This document shows positions 35,559-43,169 of a stretch of DNA of 60,442 bases, in pieces. Position 1 is the first letter of the stretch; each line of letters starts with the position of its first letter. The notes beneath the pieces are model-generated. The model ran no database searches and was not told the DNA's origin. It saw only the letters and a program-made list of their open reading frames with translations. A program made the translations under genes and the position numbers. Origin of the DNA: Patescibacteria group bacterium (lineage in GTDB: Bacteria > Patescibacteriota > Microgenomatia > UBA12405); the NCBI GenBank assembly GCA_013387215.1, contig WARW01000001.1:185301-245742 (forward strand), given 5' to 3'.

Positions 35559-36746
35559 ATGGTGAAAAGAGTCGTAATTTTAATCGCCTGTTTTGTATTA
35601 TTAATTATTAGTCTGACCTTTTTTTCTAGTCGCATTCGATCCATATTAAATTTATCCCCAATCAATAATAAATCAGCCGCCAGCTCTGTCTCGGTTGACG
35701 CCATACCTCAATACCTTCATCTTCCTTCTGGTTTCAAGTTAACTCTTTATTCAAATTTTCCTTCCTCACCTAGAGTCATGGCAACCGACAATTCTAATAC
35801 GCTTTTTGTTTCTTTTCCTGATTCCGGCAAAATAATGGCTTTAATTAATTCCAATAATGGAAATCAGCCAAACCAAAGCAAAGATATCATCACCTCACTA
35901 AATTATCCTCATGGTATCGCTTACTACAACAATAAATTATTTGTAGCTGAAGAAAATCAAGTCTCTCGCTACGATTGGAATAAAAAAACTAACGAAGCCA
36001 AACTTGAAAAAATTTTATTTAAGTTGCCAACAGATGGAATTCATCGAAGTAAAAGTATTTCCTTCGACAGTAAAGGCAACATGTATGTTTCAATCGGTTC
36101 ATCTTGTAATGTTTGTGAAGAAACCGATCCTGAACGTGCCGCTATTATTATTTCTGATTTTGAAGGCAATAATCCACATCGTTTTGCCACTGGTTTAAGA
36201 AATACAGTTTTTATGACTGAAAATCCAGACACTCAGGAAGTTTGGGGAACCGATATGGAAAGGGATCAATTGGGTGATGATCTGCCTCCTGATGAAATAA
36301 ATATTCTTAAAAATGGCGCCGATTATGGTTGGCCTTATTGCTATGGTGACGGGATTAAAGATATAGATTTTATAAATAAAAACCGCCTCACTGTGCCTCA
36401 AAATATTTGTCAAAAATCTGTTTCGCCGATTTTTCAGATTCCCGCTCATTCTGCTCCCCTGGGGTTAGTTTTTGTTAATTCTTCAAAATATCCTCTAAAT
36501 CTTCAACACGACCTTTTGGTGGCATACCATGGGTCTTGGAATAGCTCGACCCCTAAAGGCTACAAAGTTGTTCATTTAAAAATAAACAATAATAGTGTTG
36601 TTTACTCTGAAGATTTCATTACCGGTTTCATTCAAAACAATTCCATAATTGGTCGCCCTGTTGATCTTGTTTTTGATTCCCAAAATAATTTATATTTGTC
36701 TGACGACAAAGCAAACGCTATCTATAAAATCTCTTACTTTCCCTGA
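35559..36746 (+). CDS. PQQ-dependent sugar (sorbosone/glucose) dehydrogenase-like beta-propeller
   Basis: N-terminal TM/signal, with motifs PHGIAY, DGIHRSKS, GWPYCYG, HSAPLGL and GRPVDL typical of the family. Confidence 0.75.
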   Translation: MVKRVVILIACFVLLIISLTFFSSRIRSILNLSPINNKSAASSVSVDAIPQYLHLPSGFKLTLYSNFPSSPRVMATDNSNTLFVSFPDSGKIMALINSNNGNQPNQSKDIITSLNYPHGIAYYNNKLFVAEENQVSRYDWNKKTNEAKLEKILFKLPTDGIHRSKSISFDSKGNMYVSIGSSCNVCEETDPERAAIIISDFEGNNPHRFATGLRNTVFMTENPDTQEVWGTDMERDQLGDDLPPDEINILKNGADYGWPYCYGDGIKDIDFINKNRLTVPQNICQKSVSPIFQIPAHSAPLGLVFVNSSKYPLNLQHDLLVAYHGSWNSSTPKGYKVVHLKINNNSVVYSEDFITGFIQNNSIIGRPVDLVFDSQNNLYLSDDKANAIYKISYFP

Positions 36747-37099
36747 ATTCTAACTTTTACTTTTTCAATCAGTTCATCCAAATCAAATGGTTTAAACATA
36801 AAATCATCAGCCCCAGCTTTAAGAGCCAAAGATTTAGTTTGAGTCGACGCAGAAAGCATAATTATTGGAATATCTTTGGTTTTAGAATTATTTTTAATTT
36901 GTTTGCAAATTTCTGAGCCGCTAATATTAGGCAGAAAAATATCCAGTAATATCAAATTTGGTCCAAATTCTTCCAATGTTTTCATTATTTTTTCCGGATT
37001 AGTTATTACTTTTGTTTCATAATTATTTTCCGACAAAATTATTTTTAATACTTCATTTATTCCCAGATCATCATCAATTATCAAAATTTTATTATTCAT
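36734..37099 (-). CDS. Single-domain response regulator
   Basis: ILIIDDD, LLDIFLPN and FKPF. It overlaps the upstream kinase by 8 nt. Confidence 0.88.
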   Translation of the reverse strand: MNNKILIIDDDLGINEVLKIILSENNYETKVITNPEKIMKTLEEFGPNLILLDIFLPNISGSEICKQIKNNSKTKDIPIIMLSASTQTKSLALKAGADDFMFKPFDLDELIEKVKVRIQGK

Positions 37100-38633
37100 A
37101 TTTTTGAACTAATGGTAATGATATATGGAAAGAGGAACCTTTGCCAACTTCACTTTCTAACCATATTTTTCCTTTATGTCTTTTTATTATTTCAGCAGAA
37201 ATATAGAGACCCAAACCAAACCCTTCAATATCTCTTTTTTTAGGATGGGAGACTCTATAAAACTTTTCAAAAATTTTCTTTTGGCTGTCTTTAGGAATTC
37301 CAATTCCATAATCAATAATATTTATAATCGCCTGGTCTTCTTTTTCTTCAACGCTTACCATAATTTTTTTCGTTTCTGGTGAATATTTAATTGCGTTTGA
37401 AATTAAATTAATCAAAACTTGGGATATTCTGTTCTTGTCTCCCCAAACCATACCTTTGCTTTTACAAGCAAAAAAAATATTAAAAGTCTTGTTTATTGAT
37501 CGCATGTCATCTACTACTTCTCCAACTAGTTCGTTTAAACAAAATTCTTCTTTATAATATTCCAATTTTCCTGACTCAATTTTTGAAAAATCCATAAAAT
37601 CATTAACGATCCCATTGAGGCGGATAATATAAAGATTCATTTTCTGTAAATATCCAATGGTTTTCTTTGTCTGGTTTTGCCTAATTTGTTTTTCAATTAT
37701 TTGAGAAAAAGCTTTTATGGTGGTTAATGGTGTTTTTATTTCATGACTGGCAATATTAACAAACTCGTCTTTAATTTGTTCTGTTTTTATTCTTTCAGTT
37801 ATATCAGTCAGCACTCCTTCAACCCCAATTGATTTTCCTTCTTCATCGACATCGACTGTAAATTTGGCATCAACCCATATTATCTTGCCGTTATTAGCTA
37901 CACACCTAAACTGAAATGAATTTGGTTTTTGTTTTAAATAAACTTTATTGATTTCTCCCAAGACTCTGTTTTTATCTTCTTCATAAATAATATCCTTCCA
38001 GAAATAAGGATTGCTTTTATAATTATCGATTTTGTAGCCCAAAATTACTTCTTCGTAATCGCTGATAAAATTAAGTTCGAATTGCTCATCTTCAGTCTTT
38101 TTTTGGAGTTCCCATACTACTCCTGGAATATTAGCGATAATATTATCAGTTGTTTTCTTTTGTCTTTTGACTTCTCGATAAAGTTTTTTATTTTCAGATA
38201 ACGCTTCCCTTAATTTATCAAGCACGCCTCTCAAATATTTTTCATTAATCACAGCCTCTTTTTTTGTATTTCTAATATTGCCCACTAAATAACTAATAAA
38301 CGTTCCTTCAACCATAAAAGCTAAAATTCTTAACACATTTGTCTGTCCCAAAAGTATGTCTATACTAGTACGTGGCTCCACAAAAAGATAGTTGGTCGAC
38401 AATGAAGCTAACACAGCTGTAAAAATACCCGGCATTATTCCTCCATAAGAAGCAGTTAAAACAATAGCTGTAAATGCAAACAAATAGGGAACACCTTTGA
38501 ACTCAATATATGGATCTAGAGTAAGCTTTACACATAAAGTCAAAATAAAAAACACTACTCCTGCCAAGTAAGCAGTCAAAGCACTTCTTTTTTTATTATT
38601 TTCGAATAAATTAGACCGAAGATGATCAAACAT
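37092..38633 (-). CDS. Sensor histidine kinase (DUF4118-like TM domain + PAS + HisKA/HATPase)
   Basis: Four N-terminal TM helices of KdpD type, a PAS segment, H-box IASHEIKTP, N-box LISNAIKYS, and G-boxes DYGIGI and GFGLGL. Confidence 0.88.
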   Translation of the reverse strand: MFDHLRSNLFENNKKRSALTAYLAGVVFFILTLCVKLTLDPYIEFKGVPYLFAFTAIVLTASYGGIMPGIFTAVLASLSTNYLFVEPRTSIDILLGQTNVLRILAFMVEGTFISYLVGNIRNTKKEAVINEKYLRGVLDKLREALSENKKLYREVKRQKKTTDNIIANIPGVVWELQKKTEDEQFELNFISDYEEVILGYKIDNYKSNPYFWKDIIYEEDKNRVLGEINKVYLKQKPNSFQFRCVANNGKIIWVDAKFTVDVDEEGKSIGVEGVLTDITERIKTEQIKDEFVNIASHEIKTPLTTIKAFSQIIEKQIRQNQTKKTIGYLQKMNLYIIRLNGIVNDFMDFSKIESGKLEYYKEEFCLNELVGEVVDDMRSINKTFNIFFACKSKGMVWGDKNRISQVLINLISNAIKYSPETKKIMVSVEEKEDQAIINIIDYGIGIPKDSQKKIFEKFYRVSHPKKRDIEGFGLGLYISAEIIKRHKGKIWLESEVGKGSSFHISLPLVQKYE

Positions 38634-38687
38634 TATAGTAATATAAATTACAAATAAGCTATTGTATCACCTTTGATGCTATTTATC

Positions 38688-38936
38688 TTATGATCTAACT
38701 AATCTACCTAACCAAATCAAAATTACTGCTCCTATCGTGGCCACTATGATACTGTATATACTAAATCCAGTAATTCCTGGCTGGCCCAAGAAATTCATTA
38801 TCACTCCTCCGACTAATGCACCTAGGATTCCAAAAATGATATCCATTAACGTTCCTTGCCGATTATTAGTTCTGGTGATAACTGATGCTAACCATCCTGC
38901 AATTAACCCTAATAGTATCCATAAAATTAGATTCAT
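38688..38936 (-). CDS. GlsB/YeaQ/YmgE family stress-response membrane protein
   Basis: An 82-aa protein with three Gly-rich TM helices (LGLIAGWLAS, IFGILGALVGGVI). AGGAG SD lies 7 nt upstream. Confidence 0.8.
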   Translation of the reverse strand: MNLILWILLGLIAGWLASVITRTNNRQGTLMDIIFGILGALVGGVIMNFLGQPGITGFSIYSIIVATIGAVILIWLGRLVRS

Positions 38937-39070
38937 GTTTTTTCTCCTAATAAAATAATTATTATTAAGTTTGATTCATTGTAGGTTTACTGATTGAGAC
39001 CAAAACAATAAACATGTAAGAATATTGTAATAAATCGCTCGATTATGGATTTATATGGTTTAATATATCA

Positions 39071-39781
39071 ATGACAAAACCTATCGTTCCGGATGAACCT
39101 TCTTCGGAAGAACAGTTTATTGACATGGTTAACCATGAACTGAAGTCTCCATTGGCTACTATTAAAATTTCGGCGGAAATTTTACAAAAACGTAACCAGC
39201 AAGGGCAAGATTTGCACTTTTCGGAAAGTATTGAAAAAATAAACTCTCGCGTCGACTATTTAGCTTCCTTGATTAATGACTATACTGATCTCATAAGAAT
39301 TCAATCTGAATTATTAAATTTTAAAGACGAAATATGTGTTTTTTCAGAACTTGTTTATGAGTCAACCTGTGATTTTAACTTTAAATTTAAGCGTTTAAAG
39401 TTCGAAAAATACGGCATAACTAAATATAAGGTATCGGTTGATAAGGAACGCTTTCGTCAAGTAATTTTGAGTCTGGTTAAATACATTGAAAAAATTTCCG
39501 ATGCTTGTAAAAAAATAAGTTTGTATTCAAAATCGAAAGGGGATTTTTTAATCATTAATCTCAGAAGTTCCAATAATAAGGATAAAAAAAGAGAAGCAGG
39601 AATCTTTGAACCCGGCAAGTTAACTTCATATCAATCGAAATTGTGGAAAGAAAAAACAGAACTCCGTATTACTCCTGTTTTTGCAGCTGAAATTTTTAAA
39701 CATTGTGGCGGTAAATTCTCAGTTTTATATAACAAAAAAGCTGAAATAATTTGTTGCTTTACCTTGCCTTTAATATCCTAA
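39071..39781 (+). CDS. Degenerate cytoplasmic histidine-kinase-like protein (H-box retained, ATP-lid motifs lost)
   Basis: H-box MVNHELKSPLATI is present. The N-box Asn and the G1/G2 glycine motifs are absent (SLVKYIEK, RSSNNKDKK). There is no sensor or TM domain. Confidence 0.65.
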   Translation: MTKPIVPDEPSSEEQFIDMVNHELKSPLATIKISAEILQKRNQQGQDLHFSESIEKINSRVDYLASLINDYTDLIRIQSELLNFKDEICVFSELVYESTCDFNFKFKRLKFEKYGITKYKVSVDKERFRQVILSLVKYIEKISDACKKISLYSKSKGDFLIINLRSSNNKDKKREAGIFEPGKLTSYQSKLWKEKTELRITPVFAAEIFKHCGGKFSVLYNKKAEIICCFTLPLIS

Positions 39782-39879
39782 GTAATCGATTCTTACAATC
39801 TTCTTACTGTTTTCACCTTTTCTATTTACAAGAAAAATAGATCATACCTAACTGTTAAAGGTTTATTGAAAAAATATTT

Positions 39880-40269
39880 ATGGCAAAAATTTTGATAGTC
39901 GATGACGACAGAGAATTCTTGGAGAGCATGACTACTATCCTGGAAGATGAAGGTCACAGTTATATTGCCACAGCTGACTCCAAGACTGTGGAAAAAAAAG
40001 TTAGAAGTTATCGTCCAAATTTAGTGATTTTGGATTTATTTTTAAAAGATGATAATGGTAAAAATATTGCTGCTGATTTAAAGAAAACATTTGATACTAA
40101 ATCAATCCCGATTCTTTTAGTTTCTTGTTCCGACAAAGTCGAAAAGATTTCTCGTCAAATATTTGTCGAAGGGTATCTTCATAAACCATTCAGTAGTCGG
40201 GAATTAACCAATTTAGTTTCTTCCTTAGTTATAAAAAAAGCGGACGATCAATCAACCTTAATGGTATAA
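39880..40269 (+). CDS. Single-domain response regulator
   Basis: ILIVDDD, ILDLFLKD and HKPF. The 3' end overlaps the convergent OmpR-type gene by 22 nt. Confidence 0.85.
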   Translation: MAKILIVDDDREFLESMTTILEDEGHSYIATADSKTVEKKVRSYRPNLVILDLFLKDDNGKNIAADLKKTFDTKSIPILLVSCSDKVEKISRQIFVEGYLHKPFSSRELTNLVSSLVIKKADDQSTLMV

Positions 40270-40922
40270 CCAAAACCTCGGATAGATTGAATTAATTTTT
40301 GGTTAAATCCATTATCGATTTTACGTCTAAGATAACCAATATAAACATCCACTACCCGGCTTTCAATGTCTGGAGAATATAGCCAAATTCTATTTAAAAT
40401 ATTTTCCCTGGTTAAAACTTTTCCTTGGTTTATCATCAGATAACGGAGCAAGTCAAACTCTGTTTTTGTTAAACCGATTATATTTCCAGATCTCTCCACT
40501 CGCATTGTTCTGGTATCCATCTTTAAATCTCCAACCTCCAATACGTTTTTGTCATTATCTGTATGTCTAAGTTTTACTTTCACTCTGGCAATCAGTTCCT
40601 CGCTCACAAATGGTTTTGGAATATATTCATCAGCTCCCAAATTTAAGCCCGTTACAATATCGTTGGTTGTGTTTCTGGCCGTTAAAATTAAAACTGGCAG
40701 GTCGGGATACATTTTTTTAATTTCTACGCAAACTGTTTTTCCATCAATATCTGGTAACCCTAAGTCTAAAATCACTAAATCAGGCCTTGTTTTTTTAACA
40801 TAATTCAAAGCAGACGCTCCGTCATCTACTAATTCAACTGCATAGTTGTTATCAAGCAACAACTCTTTTAAATAATCTCTTAAATCTTTTTCATCTTCGA
40901 CTACTAAGATTTTCATTATCAT
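40248..40922 (-). CDS. OmpR/PhoB-family DNA-binding response regulator
   Basis: A receiver domain (ILVVEDE, ILDLGLPD, PKPF) plus a winged-helix output (LTKTEFDLLRYL...VDVYIGYLRRKI...IRGFGY). Confidence 0.92.
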   Translation of the reverse strand: MIMKILVVEDEKDLRDYLKELLLDNNYAVELVDDGASALNYVKKTRPDLVILDLGLPDIDGKTVCVEIKKMYPDLPVLILTARNTTNDIVTGLNLGADEYIPKPFVSEELIARVKVKLRHTDNDKNVLEVGDLKMDTRTMRVERSGNIIGLTKTEFDLLRYLMINQGKVLTRENILNRIWLYSPDIESRVVDVYIGYLRRKIDNGFNQKLIQSIRGFGYTIKVD

Positions 40923-40927
40923 ACTTA

Positions 40928-40964
40928 ATTATATCGCAAAAGATATAATTCTTACAATTCTTAC
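40928..40964 (-). promoter_or_regulatory. Promoter of the OmpR-type regulator with tandem GTAAGAA repeats
   Basis: The minus strand reads GTAAGAA-TT-GTAAGAA (rc of 40949-40964). TATAAT (rc of 40928-40933) then lies 5 nt before ATG 40922. Confidence 0.5.
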
Positions 40965-41205
40965 TAGGTTCTTTTCAATATTTAACTAACGTTAGACCAA
41001 ATTTAAATATTAAAAAAACAAGCCATCGTTTTAAATTTATCACTTTTTGGGTTATAATACCTTATTGCCAAGTAGTTGCTTCGGCATTTTCAAAACAAAA
41101 CATCAAAGATCTCTCGCTTGCCCAAAAAAAACGGTCATCTTTCAATCCCGGTCTTAATAGGCCCAAACAATAGTTTAAAGTGTTAAAAATTTATCTCCTC
41201 TAAAT

Positions 41206-41826
41206 ATGAACATATTTCAAAAAATCAAAAACTGGTACTCTAATCTTCCCGAGAAGAAAAAATATATTGAATTTTTTAGTGCTCTTTTAACTGTTCCTAT
41301 GTTGGTAACTGTCATTATGATTAATGTTAATAATCTTAATAACAATAAAAAGGCCTCTACTCCAGCTCCGGCACCAACAACGGCACCTGTTATTCAAATA
41401 ATTGCTCCGTCTACAGTTGCGCCATCAAACCAACCTAGCCCTTCAGTATCTGCTGTTGCTTGTAAAAATCAAGTTGGTCCGGTAAATATTGTTTCTCCAG
41501 ATAATAATCAAGTTATTACCAAAGATCCAGTTAATATTGATGTTAGTTATACCAAGGGAACCTATTGTGGGGTTGTTTGGTCTTACCGAATCAACGGTGG
41601 TGACTGGTCTGCTTATTCAGACAAATTAATTTCTCTTTATAATCTGACTCCTGGCGAAAAACAGCTTGAAGTTAAAGTCAAAAGCATTGGTTCTACTGAT
41701 GAAGTTCTCTTGAAAAAAACTTTCACCTATCAAGTTGGATCGGTTTCCCCTGCGGCAACTCCGACAGTCAGTCCGACATCAGCTCCTTCAACAACACCCA
41801 CTCCAACCATCACACCTGCCACGTAA
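41206..41826 (+). CDS. Membrane-anchored secreted protein with Ig-like (Y_Y_Y-type) domain and P/T linkers
   Basis: N-terminal TM helix. WSYRINGGDWSAYSDKLISLYNLTPGEKQLEVKV resembles the Y_Y_Y domain. The C-terminus is a PTVSPTSAPSTTPTPT tail. Confidence 0.6.
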   Translation: MNIFQKIKNWYSNLPEKKKYIEFFSALLTVPMLVTVIMINVNNLNNNKKASTPAPAPTTAPVIQIIAPSTVAPSNQPSPSVSAVACKNQVGPVNIVSPDNNQVITKDPVNIDVSYTKGTYCGVVWSYRINGGDWSAYSDKLISLYNLTPGEKQLEVKVKSIGSTDEVLLKKTFTYQVGSVSPAATPTVSPTSAPSTTPTPTITPAT

Positions 41827-41869
41827 GTGCTCGTTTTGGAAAACAAGATCCATATAGTATCATTATGAT

Positions 41870-42811
41870 ATGGTTAGATTGCCCCAAATAGTTGGTAATG
41901 TTTGGTTCAATAATAAAATGTTTTCCAGTATCGATATGACCAATAAAGTAGTTTTGGTGGACTTTTGGACCTATTCCTGTGTCAATTGTCTTCGGACTAT
42001 TCCATATTTAAAGGAATGGTGGCAAAAATATAACAAAGATAACTTTTTGATTGTTGGCATACACACCCCTGAATTTGAATTTGAAAAAGATCCTTTGAGT
42101 GTTTCCAAGGCCGTTAAAGATTTAGGAATCGAATGGCCAGTAGTTTTGGATAATGAATATATTAACTGGAAAAATTTTGCCAACCAATATTGGCCAGCTA
42201 AGTATTTAGCCGATCATACAGGTAATATTGTGTATGAGCATTTTGGAGAAGGGGAATATGAAAAAACCGAAAGCTTTATTCAAACTCTTTTAAAGAATAT
42301 TAATGCCAATATTGCTTTGCCTAAACTTACTGTTTCTAACACCGGCAATATTTGTTATATATCTACTCCGGAAACTTATTGTGGGTACTTAAGAGGGGAT
42401 ATTTCAAATCCGCTTGGATTAGTGGCCGACAAAGAGCATTACTACAGCTTACTAGATGATCCAGAAACTGATTCTCTAGGTTTAAGTGGTACTTTTATCT
42501 CCCGGTCTGAATACCTTGAATCCAAAGATCCAAATTCCAGACTTTTGCTTCATTTTAAAGCTAGCGAGGTTAATCTCGTTCTAACTCCGATTGATCCCCA
42601 GACCACGGTTCAGATCTTATTAAATTACAAACCTCTGCCGCCTAAATTTAGAGGTGAAGATCTTGATGATTCAAGTCAAATGAAAATCGATACTCCTCGA
42701 ATGTATCAGCTTTTAAAATCTAATGTTTTTAGCGAAGGAATTTTGAGTATTCAGCCTGTCATTGGAAACTTTAAGGCTTATGCTTTTACTTTCTCTGGAT
42801 GTATTGACTAA
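41870..42811 (+). CDS. Thioredoxin-fold redoxin with DipZ-like C-terminal domain
   Basis: VLVDFWTYSCVNCLRTIPYL has a CxxC motif like DipZ/ResA-type redoxins, and is followed by a ~150-aa beta-rich domain. No signal peptide is evident. Confidence 0.65.
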   Translation: MVRLPQIVGNVWFNNKMFSSIDMTNKVVLVDFWTYSCVNCLRTIPYLKEWWQKYNKDNFLIVGIHTPEFEFEKDPLSVSKAVKDLGIEWPVVLDNEYINWKNFANQYWPAKYLADHTGNIVYEHFGEGEYEKTESFIQTLLKNINANIALPKLTVSNTGNICYISTPETYCGYLRGDISNPLGLVADKEHYYSLLDDPETDSLGLSGTFISRSEYLESKDPNSRLLLHFKASEVNLVLTPIDPQTTVQILLNYKPLPPKFRGEDLDDSSQMKIDTPRMYQLLKSNVFSEGILSIQPVIGNFKAYAFTFSGCID

Positions 42812-42838
42812 AGTTTATAAAATAATTACACTATTCCC

Positions 42839-43150
42839 ATGAAAGGCTTTCTTGAATTTATCCGTGAACAGGGAGTGGTTGGTCTAGCTGTTGGTTTTAT
42901 TATGGGTGGTTCGATCACTAAATTAGTAACTTCTTTCGTTAATAATATTATCAATCCAATTACTGGAATTTTAATTGGAGCTGCCGGCGACCTAAAAGAT
43001 GCTTGTTTCATTTTTGGTCCAATCAAAATTACTTGGGGTGGATTTTTGAGTGATTTTATTGATTTCATTATTATTGCCTTTATCGTGTATTTCGGAGTTA
43101 AAATTCTTGGACTTGATAAATTAGATAAGAAAAAAGAAATAAAAAAATAA
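42839..43150 (+). CDS. mscL: Large-conductance mechanosensitive channel
   Basis: MKGFLEFIREQGVVGLAVGFIMG is the MscL N-terminus and TM1 signature. There is a second TM and a KKKE tail. At 103 aa it is short. Confidence 0.85.
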   Translation: MKGFLEFIREQGVVGLAVGFIMGGSITKLVTSFVNNIINPITGILIGAAGDLKDACFIFGPIKITWGGFLSDFIDFIIIAFIVYFGVKILGLDKLDKKKEIKK

Positions 43151-43169
43151 GTGATAAAATAAAAACACC

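Noticed and set aside
38737-38958. 73-aa plus-strand ORF antisense to the GlsB-family gene
   Set aside because: The minus-strand frame has the Gly-rich three-helix GlsB pattern and an AGGAG SD.
41864-41890. 8-codon ORF (MIWLDCPK) starting 6 nt after TATAGT, upstream of the redoxin gene
   Set aside because: It is too short to evaluate. The TATAGT is more simply the promoter of the 41870 CDS, with a 6-nt leader.
42826-43068. 80-aa minus-strand ORF antisense to mscL
   Set aside because: The plus-strand frame has the diagnostic MscL N-terminus. The antisense frame is a shadow ORF.
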